Origin: the human T2T-CHM13v2.0 reference genome, Homo sapiens
Assembly: GCF_009914755.1 (NCBI RefSeq)
Contig: NC_060935.1
DNA length: 64,000 bases
Direction: 5' to 3' (one strand)
The notes beneath the pieces are model-generated. The model searched no databases and was not told the origin of the DNA. It was given only the letters and a program-made list of their open reading frames with translations. Each line of letters starts with the position of its first letter. The stretch's first letter is position 1. Both the position numbers and the translations under genes were made by a program. Below, in pieces: positions 42,405 to 55,705 of the stretch.

Positions 42405-42620
42405 AGGTTGTAAATAAAACCCAAAGGTTATAGAGGAAAAGATGTGTAAATTTGACTACATCAAAAATTTAAAACTTTTTGCATGATTTTCTTTCGGATT
42501 TTTGCCTTTTCCTTGCACATTTGTTGGTTCTCTTTCGATATAAATCAGAAAAATGAATCTTTTATCTGTCAAATGCATGGCAAAGATTCTTCCCAGTCTA
42601 TCATTTGTCCTACAGTTTTG
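42405..42620. mobile_element. Old L1M ORF2-region fragments in opposite orientations
   Basis: Sense AAATTTGACTACATCAAAAATTTAAAACTTTTTGCA, then antisense ...TTTTATCTGTCAAATGCATGGCAAAGATTCTTCCCAGTCTATCATTTGTC. Confidence 0.6.
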
Positions 42621-43112
42621 ATTATGGTTCCTTTCATCACAGAACATTTCTATTATTTATTTAACTAAAAAATGTCACAATGATGTCTGTAGCGTAGATT
42701 TTATAAAGCATCTGATGGTCATATTTTATAATCTAAATTTTGGAAAAGTATTTGGATAATGAGAGATGGAGAAGGTAGAGGGAGAGCAAGGGAGGGATAG
42801 AGAGGGCACGAAGATGAGGAAGGGAGGGATGAGGAAGAGGAGAAAGACTGGTGAGAATGAATGATGTTAAAAGATTGATTTTTCTTCCTGTAAAAAAGTT
42901 GGCTGTCGTCAAAACACCCCTTCTGTCTAAGGGAAATATTGTCCTTTTGGCATGTACTTGAACCATAAAGATTTCTCTACTTGAGGAGACCTTTCCTAAG
43001 AGTTACCTGTCCAGAAGGCAGTCCTACTGTTCTCTCTCATAGCTCTACCCAGTCTTTAAGACCTAGTTGAAATGTAGGCTCCATAAAGCCATTTCTATTT
43101 TCACACAGTTCA

Positions 43113-43429
43113 TTTTCTTTTTTTTTTTTTTTTTAAGACAGGGTCTCGCACTATCACCCAGGCTGGAGTGCAGTGGCCTGATTATATAGCTCACTGTAGC
43201 CTCGACCTTCCAGGCACAAGTGATCCTCCCTCCTCAGTTTCCCAAGTAGCTGTGACTACAGGGAATGCACTACCATACCTAGGTTTTTAAATTTTTTAAA
43301 ATTTTTTCTTAGAGATGGGATCTCACTGCATTGCCCAGGCTGATCATGACCACCTGGGCGCTCAAGCCATTCTCCCGCTTAGGCCTTCTAAAATGCCGGG
43401 ATTACATGCATGAGCCGCTGCACCCAGCC
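43113..43429 (-). mobile_element. AluJ
   Basis: AGACAGGGTCTCGC...ATAGCTCACTGTAGCCTCGACC (J diagnostics). Confidence 0.9.
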
Positions 43430-44987
43430 CACACACTTCATTTTTATTCTCAAGGTACCTGCTGCTTTCTGGCTTATGGAAGATACATCTCTGCATGTCT
43501 AATCTTTCTTAGAGTGTCATGTGATAGCAGAGATGCTGTCTTCTGTCTCACTCGTCTTTGAATTCTATACTGTCTTTAGCGGTGTATAACAACCATTTAT
43601 AAGTACATAAGTGATTTACCAGACAGGTCAATTCTTATCCATTCTTTCCTCCTATACGTTCTTCTGGGACATTCTTCAAAAGAGATATTTGGGGTCTTGA
43701 AGTCCAACACTTCGGGTATTTGGCATAAATTAGGTTGAGGAAACTGGTTGGAATTTTGGGAAGAATGAAGGGGAGAGAACCAAGGAAGAAGGAATTCCAG
43801 AGCTGGTAGCGTTGATTTCAGAGTATTCTCAATCTAAAAACCCTGTAATCATGACCTATTCCCAAAGGTGAGTTCATGGCAGCTTATTCAACAGATATTT
43901 ATTGAGTACCTGACAAGTGTTTTGCTTTGAGTGAGGCACTGTAGGGCAAATAGGAGTAAGTAAAGATCTTTGCCCTTCTGAAGCTGTTCTCCAGTTTGGG
44001 ATTTAGAAAATTTGTTCAGGAAGAGGGCTTAAAAAATAGAGACATTCTGTAAATGACCTTTCTTTGAAATCCCTTATTCTACTTTGACTACTGCTGTCTA
44101 TTCCTCTTCCTAAATGAAGCTGGTGGAGGCTTTTTCAAAATCAATTCTATGGAGGTTATTGGGGCAGATATAAGTTAGTCATCTAATCATCCAGTTAGTC
44201 CTGAACTGAAACCTGGAATTCATTCTTTTACTTTTATATTCATTTATTCAATTAGTCAACACAAAGTTGCACAATCAATATTAGCTAAATTAGCCAAGTT
44301 TAAATCCATGGTAAGGCGAAACTCCCACTTCTTTTCTATTAGAAAGCTGATTTCTTAGTGGCAGTAATGGGTGGTAGGGATAAAAACTCATCCCATGGCT
44401 GTCTTAGAACCTTCAGGTGATTCAGTAGAAATAGTGCTGTTTCTATCTCCATGATTTATTTTCGGGAAATAAGTAGAGATACTGGGGTCCAGAATAACTT
44501 GATATTCTAGTTGACAATGATTTCTGGAGAACATGTCCCTGAGACTTCGTCCATGTCGGCCACAATGTTGGGGAGCAGTGAATGTCTGTTGAAAGACAGA
44601 ATAATGGATGAAGTCCAAAGGTAGGAAATTTACAAGCGATGTTACTTTGGGATGACGGGGATGGGAGGGAAACCTGACTGGGGAGGGACCACCGGGCTTC
44701 AGTGTATATGAGCAGTTTGCTATCATTTGTTAGACCTTTTGAGCATCTGAAATATTTAAACAGTTTCTTGTTATTCTCCTACTTGGTTGATCTTTATCTT
44801 TGCTGCTGAGTTCCAGGCTTAGCTCAATAGAGGGAACAGGGAGATGACTGAAGGCATAGTGTTTGTAAAAAGAGTTTGTTTCAGTTCTTATCAAAAAGTT
44901 CTTTCCAGGAACAGAACATACTTTTCATTATATGGGATGGAAATCAGGATGGAAGTAAATATGTTCTCTAGAATGTTCTAGCTCTGA

Positions 44988-45425
<438 letters not shown>

Positions 45426-46596
45426 TAAGAGGGAGGTAGGAGAGGGTTGTGTAAGGATGGAATATTGCTGCAAACCTGTATACTTCTTTAATTTCTCTAC
45501 CCTCGCCTGAGACACTGGAGCCTTTTACTACCATCTTTGGGAAAGACCTTCTAGAGAAAAGAACCTTTGCTTTTATAGGTGAGCAGGGACGGTGTATGTC
45601 CTCCAGCATAGTTTAAAGTGTTTGGTCTGTTGCCTCTCCAGAGGTCAAAGGTGAGACAGACTTTTTGTTGGTGTTGTTTTCCTCCCTCCTTCCTCCTTTT
45701 TTTTTTTTTTTTTTTAAACTCCCTTTCCTTGTTATCTGAACTTCCAAACATCAGCTTTGATGTCTATTGTTGGGACTTCAAGAGGACTCTTAACACATCG
45801 GCAGGTGTTGGTTTTAGTGAGCAGGCGAGAGTCCCACATTCTTCCAAGGAGAGAGATGGGTCCCACCACATTCCTACCCCTAGAGCAGAAGTTCCCGCGC
45901 TGTGCCTCTTCTCTGGCTGCTTGCTGAGGACGTCTCCCAGTGGGGTACTGGGTGTACACCAGCTTTCCTTCCCGTCTTTCTGAAGCCTGTCTGAAGGGAT
46001 CTGTCTTCTTTCAGAGCAGCTGAAGAGAGGTTGTCTAACAGCCACGTATTAAGGTTTCATTAATCAAAGACACTTCCACTGCCCCTTTACAGAAACACAA
46101 CTGCTGTGGCTGTCCTCCGCTGACGGCCCGCTAATTTGTCTTTCCCAGAGGAGGGGAGGGGAGAAGGACAGAGAGGCAGGCGCTGCCCCTACCCTGCAGT
46201 AGGGATCTCCATACTGGCTCCCAGCGAGCATGCGTTCATGTGCTAACTTTAGGGGACTGTGCCCGGGGCTTCACATTTTCGTGCAGAGCCATGGGCAGCT
46301 GGCTATACCCCCTCCCCACCCTGTCCATGAAGCAGGGAATCAAAACCACTGGAAGCAATTACTGCAGATAGATAGGTTTAGGTTGTCTTTTATTTGCAAG
46401 AAAATTTTCATTTCAAGCTTCAAGGTTTTCACTCCCAGCTTCAAGGTTTGCTGAAATTGGGGGCAGAAAGCTCTAGAAGAAATAAGAATATGGGTACATG
46501 TGTTTAAGTGTGCTTAATGGACAGCCTCGGCGAAGTGAGGGGTGATGGGGACATTAATAGCTGGGGAGCCACTGACCTGAAATGGTACAGTCTTCC

Positions 46597-46743
46597 TGTA
46601 GTTACTGACGGATGAAATCATGACTTTATGAAATTTTAATCCTTGGGTATAGAGGCACAACTGACTTTATTACTGGACCCCAGGTGTGTGTGTCTGAAAT
46701 GAGTGTTTTGAATCTAACTGCATATTTGATTACTTTCTAAAAT
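46597..46743 (+). repeat. 147-bp direct repeat, copy 1
   Basis: Ungapped match to 48345-48491 with 9 mismatches (hand alignment). Confidence 0.95.
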
Positions 46744-46939
46744 TTAGGCGTTGCTGAACTTCTCCTCATGCTTAGGTTGGAATCTGACCTTCTGTAACCC
46801 TCAGCTCAGAAGATGGATATTTGGGCATTTGAAAACCTCTCAGGGCCTCCTAAGTAGGTGATTGAGCATTGCGTCATTGCATCGTCGTCTTCTTTTTTTA
46901 AAGCTAGGTCCTGTCCACTGGGGAGCAGCTTTGAACTCA

Positions 46940-48100
46940 CTTTATTCAACTCATCAAATATTTACTGAATACCTACTAGATGTGTTTGGCTCTGTTGGAG
47001 AAGTAATGGTGAGGCGTAATGCGTTCCTAGCTCTTAATTTGGGGTTAGAACTAGTACACACATGGCTGTAATGAAAGATAGAATAAAACATGTTCCCTAA
47101 GACAATTGGTAAATGCAGTGAAAGCTCCAAGCGGGGAATGATCACATCTGACTTATTTATTCAATGAGTGTTTATTGAGTCCTACTGTATACCAGACAAT
47201 GGAGATACAGAAGTCCAGAAACTTGACCCTCGTCCCCAAGAATCTAATAAGCTGGTAGGGGAGGCAGACACTGAGACATAGCAGCACTTTATAGTAGAAT
47301 ACAAGTGGTAATAAAATGTAGAACAAAGTGTAGAGGAAATGGAGGTGAAGCAGCAATTGACTAGGTTTTGGGAGGGGCTATAGATAAGGCTTTGCTGAGA
47401 AGGTGACTTGTAAGCAAGATCTTAAAAGATGAGAGGAAGATCACTGGTTAGACCAGAGGGAAAGGCATTCCAGGTAGAGGTAACAGCACACGCAAAGGCC
47501 GGGGGAAGGAGGGAGAGAGAGCTGCAGGCCATTTGGTTTCACCAGAGCTTGAGATGTATAAAGAGGTTGGTAGAGATAGTAGCTGGAGGTATGGTTGTGA
47601 GCCTATCATGAAGTCTTGCTTGTGCAGCAGAGAGAGAAGCCGACCTTTTATTCTGTAATTTGGGAGAAGGTGTTGAAAGGTTTTAATCCCGGGAGTGAAA
47701 TAATAGGAATTATGACTTGGAGCACCCCGAGCACAGCATTGGGGATGGATATGTGGGAGTCAGAGGAACCACCTAGGAGCCCGTCAAGTGGTCTAGGTGA
47801 GAGAGAACAAGCAGAGGTAGGGAAGTAGCAAAGGAGGTGGAGAGGGAAGGGCACATTGTAGGGGGAAATGAACAGGTCATGTTGATTGGGGGTGAAGTTT
47901 GAGGAAGGAGTTGGTTAAGACTCCTGAGGTTTTGGCTTGGATAACTGGTGGATGGTGGGAATAGAGAAGGAGTTCTGGGTGGAAAACCAAAGTCTCTCTT
48001 TTGGACATGGAGTTTGAGGAGGTCTTGGAAAAACTATATAGAGGTAGTCTGCAATATTTGCAGTGGGTCTTGAAGGAAAGATATTTTGATAAGCAGAAGT
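46940..48100 (-). mobile_element. L2 remnants (two 3' ends, one probably nested)
   Basis: TTCAACTCATCAAATATTTACTGAATACCTAC at ~46945 and TTCAATGAGTGTTTATTGAGTCCTACTGTATACCAGAC at ~47160; purine-rich body with GGCATTCCAGGTAGAGGTAACAGC. Confidence 0.75.
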
Positions 48101-48344
48101 TGTCAGTATACTAATTCATTTGCATTCATTGAGTTCTGATGATATTTTAGCATGAACAAGAATGAGAAGTATCTTAATTTCCTGGCAGAAAACAGTATTT
48201 TTGGAGTCCCTTGAATAATGTAAAGTGTTTTCATCAAAGACCTTCATTCATGTGTGTGCTGACATCTGGAGAGCAGAGATAGATATTTTCCTTAGGTCTG
48301 GGTTCGTGAGCTATAAACTCTTCCCTTGCTCCTAATTAATCCTT

Positions 48345-48828
<484 letters not shown>

Positions 48829-49319
48829 CAGGCTAGAGTTTTGGGAAGGATTTGTTTATTTATTTATCTGTTTATCTATTTATTTGTTGGGCAGTCTTGG
48901 AAAGGATTTATTTAATTTATTTACCTATCTATCAGTCATCATGAGTAATTCTCAAATATCTATTATGGAATCTTAGCACTTGGGGATCACACAATTTGTT
49001 ATCTTTCCTGAGGACACTTAGGCCTGGGGAGATGAAGTGACTGGAACCAGGGCTTTCTGCTTCATATTGCATTTCTACTCTCACCCCTAGGAGAACAGGT
49101 AAAAGATAATTTGTGTTGAGTGAGGGGTTATGAAGAGACAAATGTTTTTAATAAAAGGAGGGTTGCGTCTCTGTGATGAGACAGAGTGTTCTGGCTTTCA
49201 TGGTTTTCCCTGTCTGAAAGTAACAAGCTCTAGATTACAACAGTGAGGAATGGAGGATGCACAGATGGCTCAGACAGTGACTTGGAGTTCAGGTTGACAT
49301 TTCAGGTTGACTTTTGTTA

Positions 49320-49649
<330 letters not shown>

Positions 49650-49685
49650 TTAGAGGGCGTTGTTAGGGGGTATTGTATACGAGTT

Positions 49686-49750
49686 TGTGTGTGTGTGTGC
49701 GCGCGTGTGTGTGTGTGTTTGTGTCTGTGTGTGTGTGCACATGTGTGTAC
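49686..49750. repeat. Compound (TG)n(CG)n(TG)n microsatellite
   Basis: TGTGTGTGTGTGTGCGCGCGTGTGTGTG... Confidence 0.9.
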
Positions 49751-50039
49751 AGGTTCACTCTCTACCACTGCTTTCCCCTTTGCTGACCTGGACTGGCCTG
49801 CTGGATTTCCCACCAGGAGCTCTCTAATGCAGTGTCGACTGCTATTCTCAATGAGGCCCAGCACTGTCCTGGTGAAACTGGAAAGAGAAAGTACGACAGG
49901 TGCTGTGTTTTTTGTATGGGGGTTGTAGGATCAGAGAAGTTTAGAGTTGGTGGGACACTCAAGGATGGATAGAAAACTTCTGTTTGGGTCTCTGCAGTGA
50001 TGGAGCAATGTGGATTTTAACAACCAGAGTAGCAGCTCT

Positions 50040-50225
50040 CATCTCATGAGCACCTGTATCGTGTCAGTCTCTGAGTTAGGTTCTTTAAAAGACAGAGTTT
50101 TGTTAATCCTCACAATTTTGTGGTATTGTTAAATCAGAGTACAGATGATAAATGGAAGCTCAGAGTGGTTAAGCGCTTTACCTGGTGTCACACAGCTAGC
50201 AAGCGGTGGAGCGAGGATCTTGACT
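50040..50225 (-). mobile_element. MIR
   Basis: TTAATCCTCACAA...ACAGATGATAAATGGAAGCTCAGAGTGGTTAAG...GTCACACAGCTAG. Confidence 0.75.
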
Positions 50226-51509
50226 AATACTGCAGCTTTTCCCACTTCCATGGCACGCTGCCTCCTTCTAGCATTCAGTGAGGAAAGCTCTCACCGCTGG
50301 GAGTTGTTCACTCTAGACTGAGCGCCTTTCTTAGAGAAGGGATTTCTTGGAGAAAGATTGCAGAGTCTTCTCTAATGATTACAAGAAGGACAGAGTCCTG
50401 GTGGACACAGTTGGAGGGTCTTGTCTGGAGGCAGTGGAATGAGCCAGGTGGCCTCTTGGAGCTTTTTCAGGAGGGAAATCTGTAAGGGAGAGGAGATGGG
50501 ACTCTACCTTCGATCACTTGGAAGGCGGTTGGCTGAGGCCAGAGAGTATCTTTCCATACCTTCCCAGGAGCCACCCCAAACTCCTCAGGCCTTTGTTTCT
50601 GAGGTTCTCTCAGAACCACTCCAGGCAGAGCCCACAACACATCCTGATGTTATGGGATGAATGGGGACATGGGGCAGGGCAGCAGCCTGGAAGCAAGTGA
50701 GGTTAAAGACCGCCTTAGCGAGTTTTCCCTTCCACCAGACTTCCCCTGGCTCCCCCTGGCTTTGTTCATCTTGAACTCCCTTCACCTCTTCTACTGTTTC
50801 ATCCCTTTCCTTCAGTCCACCCTGGATCTCATCCTTTAAAGCCGAATCCTCTTTCCTGAAGAGGAAAGAAGGAAATCCTGACTCCTTAGATCACTATCCT
50901 GTGAGATGAAAGTTGCTCTTCTAATTTGTCCCATTTTCTTCAACTCTTCTTCCCCTCTGTCCCTGCTCCACACTCACCACTGGCAACCACTGAGTCTGAG
51001 ACCCTCCCGCACACTTTCTCTGCGTGTCTTCGGATGCTGTATTTACTTAAGCTGAATACAGGGTCTAAAGGGTGGCAGTGTCACATTAGGGCCCATCGAG
51101 GGAGCAGAGGGCCTTTGTCAGAGTCTGCAGGTTGTGGGGATGGTGACTGGCCTGGAGTCGGGGTGAAGCAATGGGAACTGTAGAAGAAAGGGGAAGGAGA
51201 GCAGGGCAGCGTGGATGCTGGACCTGTCTCCTCTTCAGCCTTTTGGACTCTGTGTTCCCTCTCCTGGGAAGCCATACAGCCTTGGCCGCTTCAAGATGGT
51301 GCCTCCTTGGGCAGCACCTACTCTGGAGTCGGTCTGCATAGTTAAATGGTTGGAAAAAAGACTGGAGAGCCAATCAGGGATGCTCACTTGCAGTTCGTGT
51401 GAATCCTGCCTGACCCACGTTTAGAGACACCATAGAATTGTATAGAACCTTAGGTATCAAACTGGGTTTTTCAGATCCCACTTTCCTGGTGAGAATATTC
51501 TTCTGTTGA

Positions 51510-51680
51510 TGTGCTAGGAAATGTTTAATCCAGGTGAGAAACACCAGACTGGTAGTGTTTGCGATTTCTGTGGTGTAGATACTCCCACCATGGCTAATTC
51601 CAAGCTGCTGGTGTGGTCACTGAAGGCGGAGTTGAGAAAAGGTGTACACAGTGGTGCAAGCCAGCTCCAGGGCACCGTGG
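51510..51680. mobile_element. MER63-like hAT MITE
   Basis: GATTTCTGTGGTGTAGATACTCCCACCATGGCTAATTCCAAGCT...GTCACTGAAGGCGGAGTTGAGAAAAG matches the MER63 consensus as recalled. Confidence 0.7.
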
Positions 51681-51914
51681 CTTCTGAACGCAAGTGTGGA
51701 AGCGCTAGGAGTCCTAGTTGCTAGGCTCTAGAGTGGAAGTTGAATCCTTGGTGGGGCTGCCAGTAAGGTGGGGAGGTCATTTTCTCACCAAATCAAAACA
51801 CAAAACCCTGGCTGTGTCGTCTTTCTTATTCTCATGCCTGGTTCTTGATTGTGGCTAGCACCATGGCTATTTCAGGATCCCACTCATACTGCTGCCATTG
51901 GTTGAATGCTTACA

Positions 51915-52080
51915 TCCATTATCTCATTTAGTCATGACAGTAATCCCATGACATAGGGACTGGTATTATCTCCATTTTGCAGGTGAGGAAACTGAGGCAC
52001 AGAGTGGGTCAGTAATTTGCACAGGGTTCTACAGCCTTTGAGTGGTAGAACTGGAATTTGAAATCATGACTGTCTGATCC
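51915..52080 (-). mobile_element. MIR
   Basis: TATTATCTCCATTTTGCAGGTGAGGAAACTGAGGCACAGAG...GAACTGGAATTTGAA. Confidence 0.85.
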
Positions 52081-52809
52081 CAGATCCCAAATCCTTGCCC
52101 AGTATATTATACTCGCAGTTTTGTAGCTTTTCACAGACATTTCCAAATTCTGAGTCTACTCTCAATGCAGGGTCTTCTAGCATAACCTTTGTTCCTGTTG
52201 GCAACACTTCATTTTGGACTGTCAAGATGCATTTCCTGAGATGTGAGATGTCATGACCCTGTGTTTGGTAAGTTTGGCTGCAAGGTACTGGCTGTCCTCT
52301 AAGACACTTCCTGAGTCCCAAGTCCACAGATTTTACTGAGGACTGAAATGGCTGCATTCTTCATAGACACTGAGTTTGCCTGTTCCAAAAATGGTGATTT
52401 CTATAGCAACCATTTATTCTAGCAGATGTGTGCCTGGTATGGTTGGCAGAGAGGGTGGGACCAAAAATGGAAACGGCCTTTTATTCTTCACTTCCTGAAT
52501 GCACGCCCTGTATGTGAGGCATATAGGAGGAAAAACATGGCATCCTTAGAATCTGTAATAGATCTATGGCTCAGGAAAGAAATACGTGTTGCTTCAGACT
52601 GCTTTTTATCTGGAGCTTGAGTTGGGCTGTGTTTGGTTTGTGGCGTGTTCTTTGGCAGATGTACCTGTTGGTTTCAATTCAATGGATGTTTGTCATTTGG
52701 TCTCTGCAGAATATGCACATTTACTGTGGGGGTAGGTGGCTAATAAACAGAGAGAAGACACTGGCTTGGCTCTTAAAGATCACGACGTCTATGTAAATGT
52801 GTATTACAT

Positions 52810-53740
52810 AGGGCTTTTTTTGGTGGAAAGTAAAATAACCAATTTATGCCAGCCTAAGTTAAACAAGAGGATTTAATATCATAATAAAGGAAGGTTTTAT
52901 GGAGCCCAGGGACAGGAGCATGGCCCCATCTTTGAAAGGCAAGTGAGCGGAACTAAGAATGAACTGTTAGAAACTTAGGTGGAATTCTCTCTCTCTTTCT
53001 CATGCTTGTTTAGTCTTTGCACGTATTTCCATTTTCACCTCTCTGCAGACCACAGAGTCGAAAAATGACCACCCCAGGACTCCCAGGCTTACATGTGACC
53101 AGGCTTGATTCAGCTTTCCCTGTGTGTATCCCAAATTCTAGAAAGAGACACAGTCTGTCTGATGCAGCTTGGATAGTTATCCACTCTTGGCCAATCACTC
53201 ACCGAAGGCTTTGTGGTGAGTGTTATTTATCTAAGTCTGCTCAGGCTATCATAACAAGATACTACAGACTGGGTGGCTCAAACAACAGAAATTTATTTCT
53301 CACAGTTCTGGAGGCTGGAAAATCCAAGATTAAAGTGGTAGCAGATTTGGTGTCTGGGGAGGGCTCTTTTTCTAGCTTGTTGATGGCCTCCTTCTCGCCG
53401 AGTCCTCCCAGGGTGGAGAAAGAGACAGTGAGCTGGTGTCTCTTCTTACAAGGACACTATTCTGTCAGATCAGAGACCCACCCTTAGGACCGCATTTAAC
53501 CTTAATTACTTCCTTACGGGTTCTGTCTCCAAATAACAGTCACATTCGAGATCAGCGCTTCAACATATTAATTGTAGAGGGGCACAATTCAGTCCATAGT
53601 AGTCATGTAGGATAACATGGCTGCTGGGATCCACTCTTGGGCCTTGGGAATAGAATGGATCTCATTGGCTCCCCCAGAAGGAGACCAGTGCAGATGAAAA
53701 GGCTGAATACCCTGCCAAGACAATGTCCTGTGCCAGATTA
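52810..53740 (-). mobile_element. Old MLT1 (J/K-like) LTR interrupted by a younger MLT1
   Basis: AAAATAACCAATTTATGCCAGCCTAAGTTAAACAAGAGGATTTA...CTTGGATAGTTATCCACTCTTGGCCAATCAC / AGTCATGTAGGATAACATGGCTGC. Confidence 0.55.
53222..53600 (-). mobile_element. MLT1A/B-type ERVL-MaLR solo LTR
   Basis: CATAACAAGATACTACAGACTGGGTGGCTCAAACAACAGAAATTTATTTCTCACAGTTCTGGAGGCTGG...CACAATTCAGTCCATA. Confidence 0.88.
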
Positions 53741-54886
53741 GAATCTAAACCTCATTGTCGAACTCAAACACATTGCACTTGGGGTGAATAGTCCTGCTGT
53801 GCGTGTGTGTATCCATATACGAGATGTGTGCATATATACACATATGTACAGGCATATATATACATATATGTATGTATGCACATGTCTGTCTGTGTGTATG
53901 TAATTAGAGAGGACTTTCTGGAAAAGGAATGTTTGAGGGTGGCCTTGGGTTCCTGTTGGCTGTGAACACACTCCTAATGAGCTGCCCTGTGTCTCAGTTT
54001 ACACATGGTATTTGAAATTGAGTCTAAATTCCCATTTCTTGTACTTTCTGAGGAGCAGTCAAGAAAGAGCCAGATTTACAGTTTGCCAGTCTCTTAGCTC
54101 TATGTTCCAAAGGAATTAAGTCACTCTTCTTGACAATGGCCTTAAAATAGGGTTTTAATAAAATGAAAAGAGGAGCAGTGGAGCCACCCACCCCTGTCAC
54201 CTGTGGCTAAATGGATATACGGGCGCCAGGCTGCTACGGGAGCCTTTTGTGGTGTCACCTCCAGTGCCAGTGGGATACGTGCCGCAACAGAGACCAGATG
54301 ATGAATATATTTTTAAACTTGGAACCCATGAACCACTTATTATTTCTGAATTAGGAATCAAAACATATGAATAATTTCAACAGGGTTTCAGCAGATGTAT
54401 TCTGCTTTTAAGGTCACTCTGCTTTGCGGAGATGGTCGGGGGTAATGGGGAGTGAAGTCCAGCCTGATTCTCTTTGTGACTCTTAGGACATCTGTGTCAT
54501 GTTTGCTCAATTTAGCAGTCACCGTAAGTGTGATGCGAGGCCCTCATTGCGGGGTCAGGGTAACTTATGGAAGCAAACAGCCTTCTTTATTTTTTAATAC
54601 ATCACTGTCACCTGCGCTTATGCCAGGGGTTATTAGAAGAAGAGGGGCTCTGGGTGGCCATGTGTTCATGGCTATGATGACTGAAAAGGCCACAGCATGC
54701 AACAGAGTCCTCAGATTTACCCCCAAATGCTTCTCCCACCCTGTATTCTCTCTTAGCATCTCTCCCTGAACCTCTTTCGCCAACCCCCTACCAAACAAGG
54801 TCCAGAATTGAGGTGTTCTGGAATTCCAGCCTTGCTAAGCTCTGGGATTAAGGCCAGTCATTTGGAAAGGGGATGGGGGAAGAGGC

Positions 54887-54946
54887 AAAAACAAAACAAA
54901 AAAAAAAACAAAAAAAAAAAACAACAAAAACAAAACAAAAAAAACC
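54887..54946 (+). repeat. A-rich (CAAAA)n/poly-A tract not attached to an Alu
   Basis: 60 bp made only of A and C. Confidence 0.9.
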
Positions 54947-55589
54947 AACTGAACATTAACCCTTTGGGTCCATAGCACTGAGAAGACCTCACCATTTCGG
55001 CCACTGGCAAATCAGCATCTCTTGGCCATATCCCCGAAACCTGAGCTTCATGTACCAGAAGGAGACAGTTAAGCCAAGTCAGGCTGATGAAAATCTCTCC
55101 GTTCTAATGACTGTGCAGGGTACACCTGTTCCAGCCTCTCACTTGCTCTCATTGTCAGTTGGACGCAGGTATTGAATGACCACTGAGTGTGGAGTGCAGC
55201 ACGGGGGTGCTGTGGAGGAGGAGAGTTCATGAGCAAGAAGAGAAGCAGTCTCTTGACCTCAGGAAGCTTGCACTGTGTTTGGGGAGGCATGGTCATGCTC
55301 ACTCTCTTGCTCTCCCAGCACAAAGGGAGTGGGCTAAAGGGTGGGAGGGAGGCAGATAGTTACTGGGCCTGACCCTCTTCTCGGGGTCAGCCACAGATCC
55401 CAGATCCTTTACCTTCCTCATCTGCCTGTTTTCCTTTATAGTTCTATTGGAGTTAAAAAAAAAATGACAGCAGTGTCAGTAACACACACTCATTTTAACA
55501 AGAGAGGCAGTACAAAGATATCTATAAAGAATTAACAGTATTCCTTATTTGCTCTCCATTTCAGCTCTCCTCTAGGGAAATGAATGTGC

Positions 55590-55705
55590 TTTATTTTTAT
55601 GAAATAATTTCAAGCTTACAGAAAAGTTTCAAGAATAATACAGAGAGCACCCATATCACCTTACCCATTTGGAGTTTACTGATTTTTAATAGTTTGCCCC
55701 ACTGG
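55590..55705 (-). mobile_element. Old L1M 3'-end fragment
   Basis: TTTTTATGAAATAATTTCAAGCTTACAGAAAAGTTTCAAGAATAATACAGAGAGCACCCATAT. Confidence 0.65.

Noticed and set aside
46605-46700. Duplicated unit as tandem C/D-box snoRNAs (GGATGA/TGACGA ... CTGA)
   Set aside because: C boxes deviate from RTGATGA and differ between the copies; no terminal stem; the identical part extends past the putative D box
53017-53487. 156-aa ORF
   Set aside because: Lies entirely within MLT1 LTR sequence
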